Shown: piece by piece, positions 26,503 to 35,500 of the stretch
How the letters are laid out: each line of letters opens with the position of its first letter
How positions within the stretch are numbered: the first letter of the stretch is position 1
DNA from: Ostreococcus lucimarinus
Taxonomy: Eukaryota
Direction: 5' to 3' (one strand)
Length of the DNA stretch: 64,000 bases
Assembly: GCA_000092065.1 (NCBI GenBank)
Contig: CP000588.1
The notes under the pieces: model-generated
The model's database searches: none
The model's input: only the letters and a program-made list of their open reading frames with translations
Told to the model about the DNA's origin: nothing
Program-made: the position numbers and the translations under genes

Positions 26503-28602
26503 ATGGCGAGCGACGACGACGTCGATCCGCTGGACGCGTTCATGGCGACGCTCGACGTGCCGGCGAGCGGGACGCGCGACGACGCGCGCGCGACGACGAC
26601 GCGCGACGACGACGACGACGACGACGCGTTCGGACTGTCGATGGCGATGCTGGGCGCGCGCGCGGCGACGCGGCGCGCGACGGACGCGGACGCGGACGAG
26701 GAGGAGGAGGACGACGCGCGGGCGACGACGGCGAGCGACGACGACGACGACGCGGGCGACGCGCGAGGACGACGCGGACGACGAGACAGCCTGCGCGAGG
26801 TCGATCACGCGCGCGAGGAGTACGAAAAGTTTGAGCGCGTGACGTACGTCGCGCCGAAGGAGCTCGCGGACGTGGACGTCGGCGCGGCGCGGGCGGCGGC
26901 GGACGCGCGCGCGAGCGGCGGCGCGGAGGACGTCGCGCCGATCTCGCGGTTCGGTCAAGGCGGCGCGTTGGACGTCGATTGCCTGCGGGCGCTGCGGCGG
27001 ATGGGATACGAATCGCCGACCGCGGTTCAGGCGCAGTGCTTGCCGGTGATCTGGAGCGGGCACGATGCGTTGGTGATGGCGAAGACGGGGTCGGGGAAGA
27101 CGCTGGCGTTTTTGCTGCCGGCGTACGCGCAAATTTCCAGGCAAAGGCCGTTGACGAAGCGCGAGGGCCCGATCGCGCTCGTGCTCGCGCCCACGCGCGA
27201 ACTCGCGTCGCAGATCGCGAACGAGGCGCACAAGTTTACGAAATTTGGCGTATCGGGGGCGCGATGTTGCGCAATCTTCGGCGGCGTCTCCAAGCGCGAC
27301 CAATTCAAAAAGCTTCGCGCGGGAGCGGAGATCGTCGTCGCGACGCCCGGGCGTTTGGTGGACGTGCTGTGCATGAAGAATTCGACAAATTTACGTCGCG
27401 TCACGTACTTGGCGCTGGACGAAGCCGACCGAATGCTTGACATGGGTTTCGAAAAAATCGTACGCTCGATTTGTCAGGCGGTTCGTCCCGACAGGCAGTG
27501 CGTGATGTTTAGCGCCACGATGCCCGCGGCCATGCAGCGATTGGCTCGCGACGTTCTCGCGCGAGACGCTGTCACTGTCTCCATCGGTAACGTCGGAGGC
27601 GCGAATGAGGACGTGCGACAAGTCGTGTACGTCTTCGAAGACGACGCTCGCCGCGCGGCTTGGTTGTTTGAAAATCTCGGCGACGCCGTCGACGAAGGAC
27701 AAGCCATCGTCTTCGTCAATCACAAGTCGTCCGTGGAAGAGCTCGTGAACGAGCTCGCGACGCGCGGAATAAAAGCCGTCGCCTTGCACGGCGACTTGGA
27801 TCAAGCGCAAAGACAATTCGCGATGAAGGCTTTTAAGAGTGAGCACGCGCACGTGCTCGTGGCGACGGATGTCGCCGCTCGCGGACTCGACGTTGAGGCG
27901 ATTAAAACCGTCGTAAACTTCCACCCCGCGCGCGATATGTCGACGCACGTGCATAGAATCGGTCGCACCGGTCGCGCAGGTGCGCTCGATGGCCGTGCGT
28001 ACACCTTGTTCACCGCGCGTGATTCTGCAAAGTTCGCGCAGCAGTTGGAACAAAATTTGGAAGCCGCGGGCCAACCGGTGCCGCTCGATTTGAAGGCGCT
28101 CGCGCGCGGCACGTACAACAAACGCCCTAGAAGTGATCACGGCGGCGACGCACCTCGGCACGGCAAGGTCGGCGGTAGGGGACTTGGTTTCACATCGCAC
28201 CATCGGCCGAGCGCAGGCGGCGGCGCGTTCGGCGGTGGCCGCGGCGGCGCGGCGAGACCCGCGCCGAGCGCCGACTTTACCGCGGTACCGCCGCCATCAC
28301 AAACGCAGCAACCACAAGCGCCGAACGCCGCTGCGATCATCGCTCAGGCGCGCGCGAAAGCCGAGGCCATCGCGAAGCAGCTACAGGCGCCCGCGATGGT
28401 ATCCGTGCCGAACGCCGCTGCGATCATCGCTCAGGCGCGCGCGAAAGCCGAGGCCATCGCGAAGCAGCTACAGGCGCCCGCGATGGTATCCGTGCCTCCA
28501 CCGCCGCCGCCGGCGCCCGTCGGACCCGCTGCTGCTGCGGCGGCGGCGGCCGCCGCCATCGCGGCGCGCCTCGCGGCGCAAGCGCCTCCACCGAATCCGT
28601 GA
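26503..28602 (+). CDS. DDX42: DEAD-box ATP-dependent RNA helicase DDX42-like (SF3b-associated)
   Basis: Reads AKTGSGKT, PTRELA, DEADRMLDMGF, SAT, HRIGRTGRAG. Long collinear identity to DDX42 (GPIAxxxxPTREL..GAEIVVxTPGRL..NLxRVxYLxxDEADRMxDMGFE..VRPDRQ..FSAT..GxANEDVxQxV..VLVATDVAARGLD..IKTVxN..ARDxxTHxHRIGRTGRAG). ATG 26503 (MASDDDVDPL). The upstream 25723-26502 part of the ORF is antisense to RPC9. Confidence 0.8.
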   Translation: MASDDDVDPLDAFMATLDVPASGTRDDARATTTRDDDDDDDAFGLSMAMLGARAATRRATDADADEEEEDDARATTASDDDDDAGDARGRRGRRDSLREVDHAREEYEKFERVTYVAPKELADVDVGAARAAADARASGGAEDVAPISRFGQGGALDVDCLRALRRMGYESPTAVQAQCLPVIWSGHDALVMAKTGSGKTLAFLLPAYAQISRQRPLTKREGPIALVLAPTRELASQIANEAHKFTKFGVSGARCCAIFGGVSKRDQFKKLRAGAEIVVATPGRLVDVLCMKNSTNLRRVTYLALDEADRMLDMGFEKIVRSICQAVRPDRQCVMFSATMPAAMQRLARDVLARDAVTVSIGNVGGANEDVRQVVYVFEDDARRAAWLFENLGDAVDEGQAIVFVNHKSSVEELVNELATRGIKAVALHGDLDQAQRQFAMKAFKSEHAHVLVATDVAARGLDVEAIKTVVNFHPARDMSTHVHRIGRTGRAGALDGRAYTLFTARDSAKFAQQLEQNLEAAGQPVPLDLKALARGTYNKRPRSDHGGDAPRHGKVGGRGLGFTSHHRPSAGGGAFGGGRGGAARPAPSADFTAVPPPSQTQQPQAPNAAAIIAQARAKAEAIAKQLQAPAMVSVPNAAAIIAQARAKAEAIAKQLQAPAMVSVPPPPPPAPVGPAAAAAAAAAAIAARLAAQAPPPNP
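28321..28494. repeat. Perfect 87-bp tandem duplication (2 copies) inside DDX42 C-terminal coding region (29-aa repeat PNAAAIIAQARAKAEAIAKQLQAPAMVSV)
   Basis: 28321-28407 and 28408-28494 are identical base-for-base and in frame. Confidence 0.9.
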
Positions 28603-28644
28603 ATGTACAGTAGTAGCTAACGTTAGAATACAAGTCCTAGATAT

Positions 28645-29307
28645 CTAGTCTCGAAACATCGCAGCGATGCGTTCCTTTCTGTCTTCCTCGGCGCGTTTCT
28701 TCGCCTTGACGTACGCGTCGACGGATCGAAAACGAACGCCGACGTTCGTCGCTTCGATGTGCGTCTTTCCCGGCTCGGTGCCTCTAAAAAAGTGATACTT
28801 GGGATTGGACGACGTCGTCTCTCGTACAATAGCCCCAGTGTGCGAATTCTCGCTCGTATCCACTCGAGAGTACTTGGACAGCAAGCTCTGCAACATCTTG
28901 GCGCGTCGCGCCTCGACGCTCGCCGCCGCGCCCTTGGTACGCTCCACCCTCTCTTGAATCTTCCCCGCGATGACGCGCTCGGATTCGTTTTGCATGGCTA
29001 ATATTTCTCGCATCACGAATTCAGCATCCTTTTCGACGTCGCGAATCTCCGCGCCTTCCACTCGAACGAACGCCGTCTCGCCGTCTTCGTCCTCGTCCTC
29101 GTCGCTCCCCGCGTCCGCCGCCGCGCGCCGTTCCGCCGCGTCGTCGCCCTCGTTCGCGCCATCCCGCGCGTCGCCGCCGTCTGAATCGCGCCGTCCCGCC
29201 GAAAACTCGGACGACGCCTCCGACGTTTCGCGCTCGCGAGACAACCAACCGCGCACCGTCGCCGTCGCCGCGTCGATCGCGTCGTCGTCGCCCCGTTCGT
29301 TGTCCAT
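28645..29307 (-). CDS. Hypothetical acidic (nucleolar-type) protein; C-terminus weakly Fcf2/rRNA-processing-like
   Basis: MDNERGDDD... acidic/Ser-rich then ..KMLQSLLSKYSRVDTSENSHTGAIVRETTSSNPKYHFFRGTEPGKTHIEATNVGVRFRSVDAYVKAKKRAEEDRKERIAAMFRD. ATG 29305-29307. The rest of the ORF upstream runs into the tandem repeat. Confidence 0.4.
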   Translation of the reverse strand: MDNERGDDDAIDAATATVRGWLSRERETSEASSEFSAGRRDSDGGDARDGANEGDDAAERRAAADAGSDEDEDEDGETAFVRVEGAEIRDVEKDAEFVMREILAMQNESERVIAGKIQERVERTKGAAASVEARRAKMLQSLLSKYSRVDTSENSHTGAIVRETTSSNPKYHFFRGTEPGKTHIEATNVGVRFRSVDAYVKAKKRAEEDRKERIAAMFRD

Positions 29308-29457
29308 CGCCTCGCGCGCGCTCGACCCGTCGTCGCCGTCGAGCGCGCGCCTCCGAGACGTCGTCGCGAATCGCCGTCGATCCGCGTCCTCGCGCGCGCG
29401 TCGTCGTCGCGCGCGTCGTCGCGCGTCGCGCGCGCCGTCTCGGAGGCGCGTCGAGGC

Positions 29458-29707
29458 GTGCCGCGGCCGTTGGCGCTGTCGTGTAATGATGGGTATATAT
29501 ACACGCACAGTACATGACTTGGTGTCGTATACAGTACACACACGAGACGATCAGTGCGCGATCGTCGTCGCGTCGGTTCGCGGTGCCGCGGCCGTTGGCG
29601 CTGTCGTGTAATGATGGGTATATATACATGCACAGTACATGACTTGGTGTCGTATACAGTATACACACGAGACCATCAGTGCGCGATCGTCGTCGCGTCG
29701 GTTCGCG
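29458..29707. repeat. ~125-bp tandem duplication (2 copies, ~97% identical) carrying a TATA-box-like motif (gggtatatatac) in the divergent promoter between the 28645..29307(-) and 29864..31402(+) genes
   Basis: Copy 1 29458-29582, copy 2 29583-29707. Differences: cacgcac/catgcac, gtacacacacgagacg/gtatacacacgagacc. AT-richer than the surroundings. Confidence 0.8.
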
Positions 29708-29863
29708 CCGTCGATCGCCGCGGCGCCGCATCTCGACGCGCGCGCGCCGCGACGATCGATCGTCGGCGCGCGCGCGCGCTCGCATCGCGCGCGCGCGTCG
29801 CATCGCTCGCGCGTCGACGCCTCCGCGGCCGCGACGACGCGACGACGCGACGACGACGACGCG

Positions 29864-31402
29864 ATGACGGTTGACGTCGACGTCACGACGGCGCGCGCGA
29901 CGCGCGACGCGTGCGACCCGCGACGGCGGCGGTGGGGCGCGGCGCCGGCGATCGGGCGCGCCGTCGTGACGACGCCGGCCGACGGCGCGCACGACGACGA
30001 TCGACGGGCGTTTCGGAACGGGGCGAGCGCGGTGGAGGATCCGGGGGAGTGCGAGCGCGCGGCGTCGACGCTCTGGGGATCGTCGTCGTGGTTCTCGGGA
30101 GACGTGGACGCGAGCGCGCGCGAGGCGAACGCGGCGAGCGTGGGATACGGCGAGAGGGAGGCGGACGGCGGGGCGGGGGGCGCGCCGGGAGGGGCGACGT
30201 GTCAGAATAGATTTATCGAGGGACGAGGCGCGCGGGATCCGTTCGCGCCGGCGAGCGGCGCGGGGACGAGGTTGGACGAATCGCGGGGGGGGAGGGAAAG
30301 CGACGGCGACGGGTGGAAAATCACGCGATGGGACACGACGATGGTGCCCGCGGGCGAGGGACGCGGCGTGGACGCGGTGGGGAGGAAGCCGGGGTATCGC
30401 GCGTTCGCGGGCGGCGAGGCGAGACGGTTGGCCGAGCGCCCGACGGGGGCGACGTTTGAGTTCGACAGCGCGCGTCAGTGTTGGTTGTTGATTCGAGATG
30501 GGGAGTCGAGGGAGCTGGAGCGGCCGTCCCGCGCGATGGACTCGCCGTCGGCGGTGTCTTCGGGCGACGACGAGTGCTCGACGGACGCCATGGACGCGAC
30601 GACGGTGGACGTCGACGCGTTCGCGGAGGGCGGCGATAACGAAGCCTTCGACGTCGACGACGACGACGAAGGTCGCGAGATGCGCGAAAAGACTCGAGAG
30701 GAGCGCATCAGGCGGTATCAACCCTCGTACGACGAGTGCGCCGCGCGTTTCGTCGACCGCGAGCGCGAACGCCGAGATCGATTCGAGGCGTCGCGCAGGA
30801 CGCTCGCCGAACGGAGAGCTGCGCCGCGAACGACGCCGACGAAGCGTCGTTCGGAAGATGTCGGAGTTGACGCGTCGCAGCAATCGACGTGGATTCCGCT
30901 GACGTGCGACTGCGGCGTCAAGGTGTGGATCGAAGCGTCGCCGACGATCGATCCGAGCGCGCAACTCGCGTCCTGGGTCAACGGCGACGTTCCGTGGCCC
31001 GTCGTCCGCACGCTCGACCTCGGGCGCGACCGCGCGTCTCGAGGAATTCCGCGAAACGCGCCCGGGCCGGTGTGCGTGGACGCCGCCGCGCTCGCGGCGG
31101 TCGAAGCCGAGCTGCGCCGCCGTCACGACGAAAACGTCGAGCACGCCGCGCGATCGAAACGACCGAACGCTCGAGCCGTCGATCCAACCGATCCCGACGC
31201 CGTCAAGCACGCCAGCATCATCGACACCCTCGTTCGGGAGACCACCAAGTCCTCACCGAACGACGTCGACGCTTCTTTATCCATCCACGAGCAGCGCGCT
31301 TTGCGCTCGAAGCTCGAATCGACGATTCGCGAAAAGCACGCCGCGTTGGCCGAGTGCGAGCGCCTTCGCGAGTTACTCCGCAGCGCCGGCGTCGAGCCCT
31401 GA
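29864..31402 (+). CDS. Hypothetical protein (~512 aa), Asp/Glu-rich middle, conserved-looking Cys/Trp-containing C-terminal region
   Basis: ATG 29864 (MTVDVDV...). C-terminus STWIPLTCDCGVKVWIEASPTIDPSAQLASWVNGDVPWPVVRTLDLG. The opposite-strand 729-aa ORF is pure Arg-rich junk. Confidence 0.4.
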   Translation: MTVDVDVTTARATRDACDPRRRRWGAAPAIGRAVVTTPADGAHDDDRRAFRNGASAVEDPGECERAASTLWGSSSWFSGDVDASAREANAASVGYGEREADGGAGGAPGGATCQNRFIEGRGARDPFAPASGAGTRLDESRGGRESDGDGWKITRWDTTMVPAGEGRGVDAVGRKPGYRAFAGGEARRLAERPTGATFEFDSARQCWLLIRDGESRELERPSRAMDSPSAVSSGDDECSTDAMDATTVDVDAFAEGGDNEAFDVDDDDEGREMREKTREERIRRYQPSYDECAARFVDRERERRDRFEASRRTLAERRAAPRTTPTKRRSEDVGVDASQQSTWIPLTCDCGVKVWIEASPTIDPSAQLASWVNGDVPWPVVRTLDLGRDRASRGIPRNAPGPVCVDAAALAAVEAELRRRHDENVEHAARSKRPNARAVDPTDPDAVKHASIIDTLVRETTKSSPNDVDASLSIHEQRALRSKLESTIREKHAALAECERLRELLRSAGVEP

Positions 31403-31663
31403 TCGCGCGCTTTCGCGCGATCGTCGTTTACGCGTCGTTTACATTCATTATTACGGTGTCGCATTAGTGCGAGTCGTCGTCGCGCGCCGCTACTCGGCGC
31501 GTCGTCCCGTCCCGTCCCGTCCCGAGAGTTAGTTGAAATGAAAATATCTTTTCCTCACAATCGCCCGCGCGCGACGTCTCCGCGCGCCATCATACGCGCC
31601 CACGCCGCGCGCTCGATCACCCGCCGCGCCTTGGTCGGCTCGTCGTCGCTGTCGTCGCTCCGA

Positions 31664-32398
31664 ATGGCGTGGCGTTCGCACGGCGTGGACAACGACTCGC
31701 TCGTTCGCGCGCTGGAAAAGAATGCGATAATCAAGTCGCCGCGCGTCGCGAACGCGATGCGCGCGGTCGATCGCGGGAACTACGCGCGACACAAGGAAAA
31801 AGAAGAAGCGTACTACGATCACCCGCTGCCGATCGGGTACCACGCGACGATATCCGCGCCGCACATGCACGCGGCGTGCTTGGAACTCTTCGAGCAAGCC
31901 GACGCGACGCGACGAGGCGCGAAAGTGTTGGACGTCGGCTCGGGCTCTGGGTATCTCGCCGCGTGCTTCGCGGAGTTGGTGACGAGCGAGGCGTTTCGAA
32001 ACGGGGAGAAGGATGAAACGGGCGAGGGAATCGTCGTCGGGATCGAGCACATCGAGGAATTGGTGGTCGACAGTCTGAAAAACGTCGAGCGGGACGGTAA
32101 AGGTCGATTGTTGGAGACGAAACGGTTGATGCTTTTCGCGGGAGACGGGCGAAATGGGTACAAACCCGAGGCTCCGTATGACGCAATTCACGTTGGAGCG
32201 TCGACGCCGAGTGTTCCGGATGCGCTTCTTGAGCAACTCGCCGTCGGAGGTCGTCTCGTGATTCCAGTCGGCGATTCGAGCGGGCAGGCGTTGAAGGTGA
32301 TCGATCGACTCGAAGATGGCACCTTTAAGCGGCGAACGGAGATGGGGGTGATTTACGTGCCCTTGACCGATCGCGCGTCGCAGCTCTCTCTTTTCTGA
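31664..32398 (+). CDS. PCMT: Protein-L-isoaspartate(D-aspartate) O-methyltransferase (PIMT/PCMT)
   Basis: Reads MAWRSHG..LVRALEKNAIIKSPRV...HATISAPHMHAACLELF...KVLDVGSGSGYLAACFA...GDGRNGYKPEAPYDAIHVGAS...GGRLVIPVG...GVIYVPLTD. Near-collinear with human PCMT1. Confidence 0.85.
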   Translation: MAWRSHGVDNDSLVRALEKNAIIKSPRVANAMRAVDRGNYARHKEKEEAYYDHPLPIGYHATISAPHMHAACLELFEQADATRRGAKVLDVGSGSGYLAACFAELVTSEAFRNGEKDETGEGIVVGIEHIEELVVDSLKNVERDGKGRLLETKRLMLFAGDGRNGYKPEAPYDAIHVGASTPSVPDALLEQLAVGGRLVIPVGDSSGQALKVIDRLEDGTFKRRTEMGVIYVPLTDRASQLSLF

Positions 32399-32546
32399 CC
32401 GATCGGCGTACCGTTTGATTAGACGCGCGCTTGAGAGTTTTACCCATTACAGCATCGCTCTCGAGAGTTTTGTCCTATGCGGCATCGCTCGCCTAGAAAC
32501 GTTGAAAACGCGATTGATTACATTTCTTCTTCTAAGTACCACAACT

Positions 32547-35500
32547 CTACGCCTTTGCGACGCTAAACAAGTCGGCGAGCGAAATCCACATGTACGAACT
32601 CTTGTTCATAATCTTTTCGAGCTTTTCGTGCGCCCCGTCTAATGCAATTTCCAACCCAGGCGCCTCGGAAATCTTTTTACGGAACTCGGCGCGTTCATCC
32701 TTGCTCTTATTACTGCGCTCAGCTTCCTTGATGGACAGCAATCGCTTGTAATATAAAAGTTGGTTGTACAATTCGTCCTCTGGGATGCTCTTCTCCATCG
32801 TGCCCTTGGACATCGGGTCAGCGCTCAAAGTGCCTGTCAATTCCGCGTTGGTGTGATGGCAACGAAGCGTGATGTTGCGCGTCTCCGTCGCATCGACGTC
32901 GTCGTCCGATCGAAGCGGGGCTGCGTAGAACTCCTTGATGCGTTCGCGAACGGCGAGACTGACCTGGTTTGCCAATGAGGCGGCATCGATCGTTTCCGTC
33001 CTCAACGCCGTCTTGCCTTGAGCCGGCGCGTTTTCCTTGCCCGCGCCGGGCGTCGGCGGCGCCAACACCTCGGTCGCGGACATCTTGTCATCCATGACTT
33101 CACGAATTCCACGGAAATCAAACTCGACGCCTGTGCGCGTGCGAAGCTTCAGAGGCTTACACTTGGCAAAGCGCTCTTCGTCATCCAACGCGAATCTACC
33201 ACCGCCAAACGTGTCGTCGTACTCGTCCTCATCGCGTGTTTGCGTTTTAAACTTGTTCGAGTCCAACCCGAGGCATTCCGCCATCGCGGCGCCGTCGGTT
33301 TCCTCAATCGGGGCGCACAAACGAGTTATCACGGGATGGACTTGCTGAGACAAGTAGTAGTGCAAATCAACCTTCAAACCCTTCTCGAGGATTTCGTCGG
33401 GATGATAGGCCCGCTCGGCCAAGCCCTTTCCACCAGAGGCGCCGGCTTTTCCCGCGGCGATGTCCTCGAGCGGCAGCTCGCTTTCCAGCGCGATGATGTA
33501 CGGCACAGTCTCTCCCGCCTTGACGCCATCTTGTTTACCAGCCTCCAATCGACGTTTGGCTACCATGACGTGCGGCTGATGCTTTGCGTCGGGGTACTCT
33601 TCAACCGCCTTCGTGAGTTGCTTCGTGATGATGTACTTGGACAACTGCACGCGGTTTTCAACCATGTCCTTTCGGATCGTACGTAAACCGTCGTGAATCG
33701 CGTTCACGCGCTCTTCGCGTTCACCATCCACATCAAGAAGTTCTTCGAGAGTTTGTTTACCAACGTCCTTCACCAGCGGCGCCCAATCACGACGAACGAT
33801 ATCGAGACCCTTCATCTCGAGCTTCGTCGCCTTGGTTCCATTCGGTCCGTTGACAACCTTCATGGCGGCGTACTTCTTCTTCTTCAACAGCAACATCGAT
33901 CGGAAGATGTAATCTTCCTCCAAAACCAATTTCCGATATTCTTTGTTGACGAAACGAATGAGTTTGTTTCCGAGCGCCCTAGAATGATTCAAATCGTGAG
34001 ACTTGGTGTTCACCATAATGGAATCCGTATCGCCGTAAATGACGTCCAGCTCGCACTTCGCTTTCGCGAGATCCTCCGTGCGCTGAAGAATCTTACGACC
34101 TTGCGCCGTGATCAACGCCGCAATGGGCTCGGCAAAAAAGCGCGACTGACTAAAACCCAAGCAACCGTACATGGAGTTTGCGGTGAGCTTGAGAGCCAGC
34201 TGGCGAAGATCATACTGCTTTGCGCGCGCCGGATCTTTTTCGCGAGCCATCAATCCTTTCACTTCTCTACGGCTTTGCACAATGTTCGCGATGACTTTCG
34301 GCAGGACGGCGAAGTCCTTGTCGCTTAAGATCGGCGCGGGTAGTTCAATTTCGGTGTTTTCTTCGCCCGCGTCGAAATGTCGCCGCACCGTGGTGTAGCA
34401 AATGTTGTACTCTTGAATAATCGACGGGTACAACGACTGGTAATCGAGGACGAGGACAAAGGTGTCGTACAGGCCCTTCTTCGGCTCAAGCACCCGGCCA
34501 CCCGCGTAAGACGGACCCTTCTTACCGCCATCATCCTCTTCTTCACCGCTCGCCGCGGCGACGCGGCGACGTTCCTTGGCACTTAAACGATCGGGGACGA
34601 TGTGCTTGCGACTGTGGAATTCGTGAAGCAAGAGGTACTCGACGCGCTGAGCGCGCGTGTGCCCGAGCGTCTTACTCCAAAGGTTACCGGCGATGTTCGA
34701 CAGCTGCTTCGTCAACGGGACGACTTCCATCTTAAACATCAGATGCAAACTCAACTTTGCGTCGATTTCCGTGCACTTGATCAAATGCATGAGAGCGTTC
34801 GTGTCTTGATAACGGTTGGGGATTTCGGCGCTCGGCACTTCTTCTCGTCGTACGCCAAGTTGCGTTTCAGAGAGCGACGTAAGCGTGTAAGACACCTCCT
34901 TGCCCAACAAATCTTTCGCACTCAAGTACGTATCCGCTAAAAGTCTTCCAGCGAGACACTGCAACGCGCCCATGGACGCACCTCCTCCGTAAGCACCTCC
35001 AGAGCCGTTGATGTTTGGCATGCGCGTACGTTTCATGCGACCGATGCGGCTCCAATGGCCAATCTTGTTCGCCTGAAATCGGCGAAGCAACACTTCGAGA
35101 TTGAAACCGCCGATGTTGTGACCGACGATGACATCCGGGTCGAGTTGGTGCAACTTTGCCAAAAGAAAGTTGAGCAAACCGAGTTCGTTGTTCTGCGCGG
35201 CGAGGACGACGGAGCCTGTACGCTTGGCGATGACATTGGTGTTGTTCTCGTGCGCGACTGCATTTTGCCATCCCGGAGGCATCTCCAGTCCATCGAGCTT
35301 GCGCACGACGGTAAAATGACGTAAACCGGTCTTCAGTTGCGCCGCCGTTGTGGATCCTTCGCAGTTTACGTCGCGAATGTACTGCACCGAGGCGACTGCG
35401 ATTTCGTTCACGTTGGTTTGCTGATTGACGATCGTCTGCAGGTTCAACGAAGCAACGGTGAGACGCGGCGCTGGGCGCGATGCGATGGCTTCGAGACAAG

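Noticed and set aside
28321-29707. Tandem direct repeats considered as a possible CRISPR-like array or minisatellite
   Set aside because: Only two copies each, with no spacer-repeat alternation. One is inside a coding region and the other is promoter DNA. This is eukaryotic nuclear context.
29021-31210. 729-aa minus-strand ORF
   Set aside because: Poly-Arg/Gly/Pro junk antisense to the 29864..31402 gene and running through the tandem repeat. No protein-like composition.
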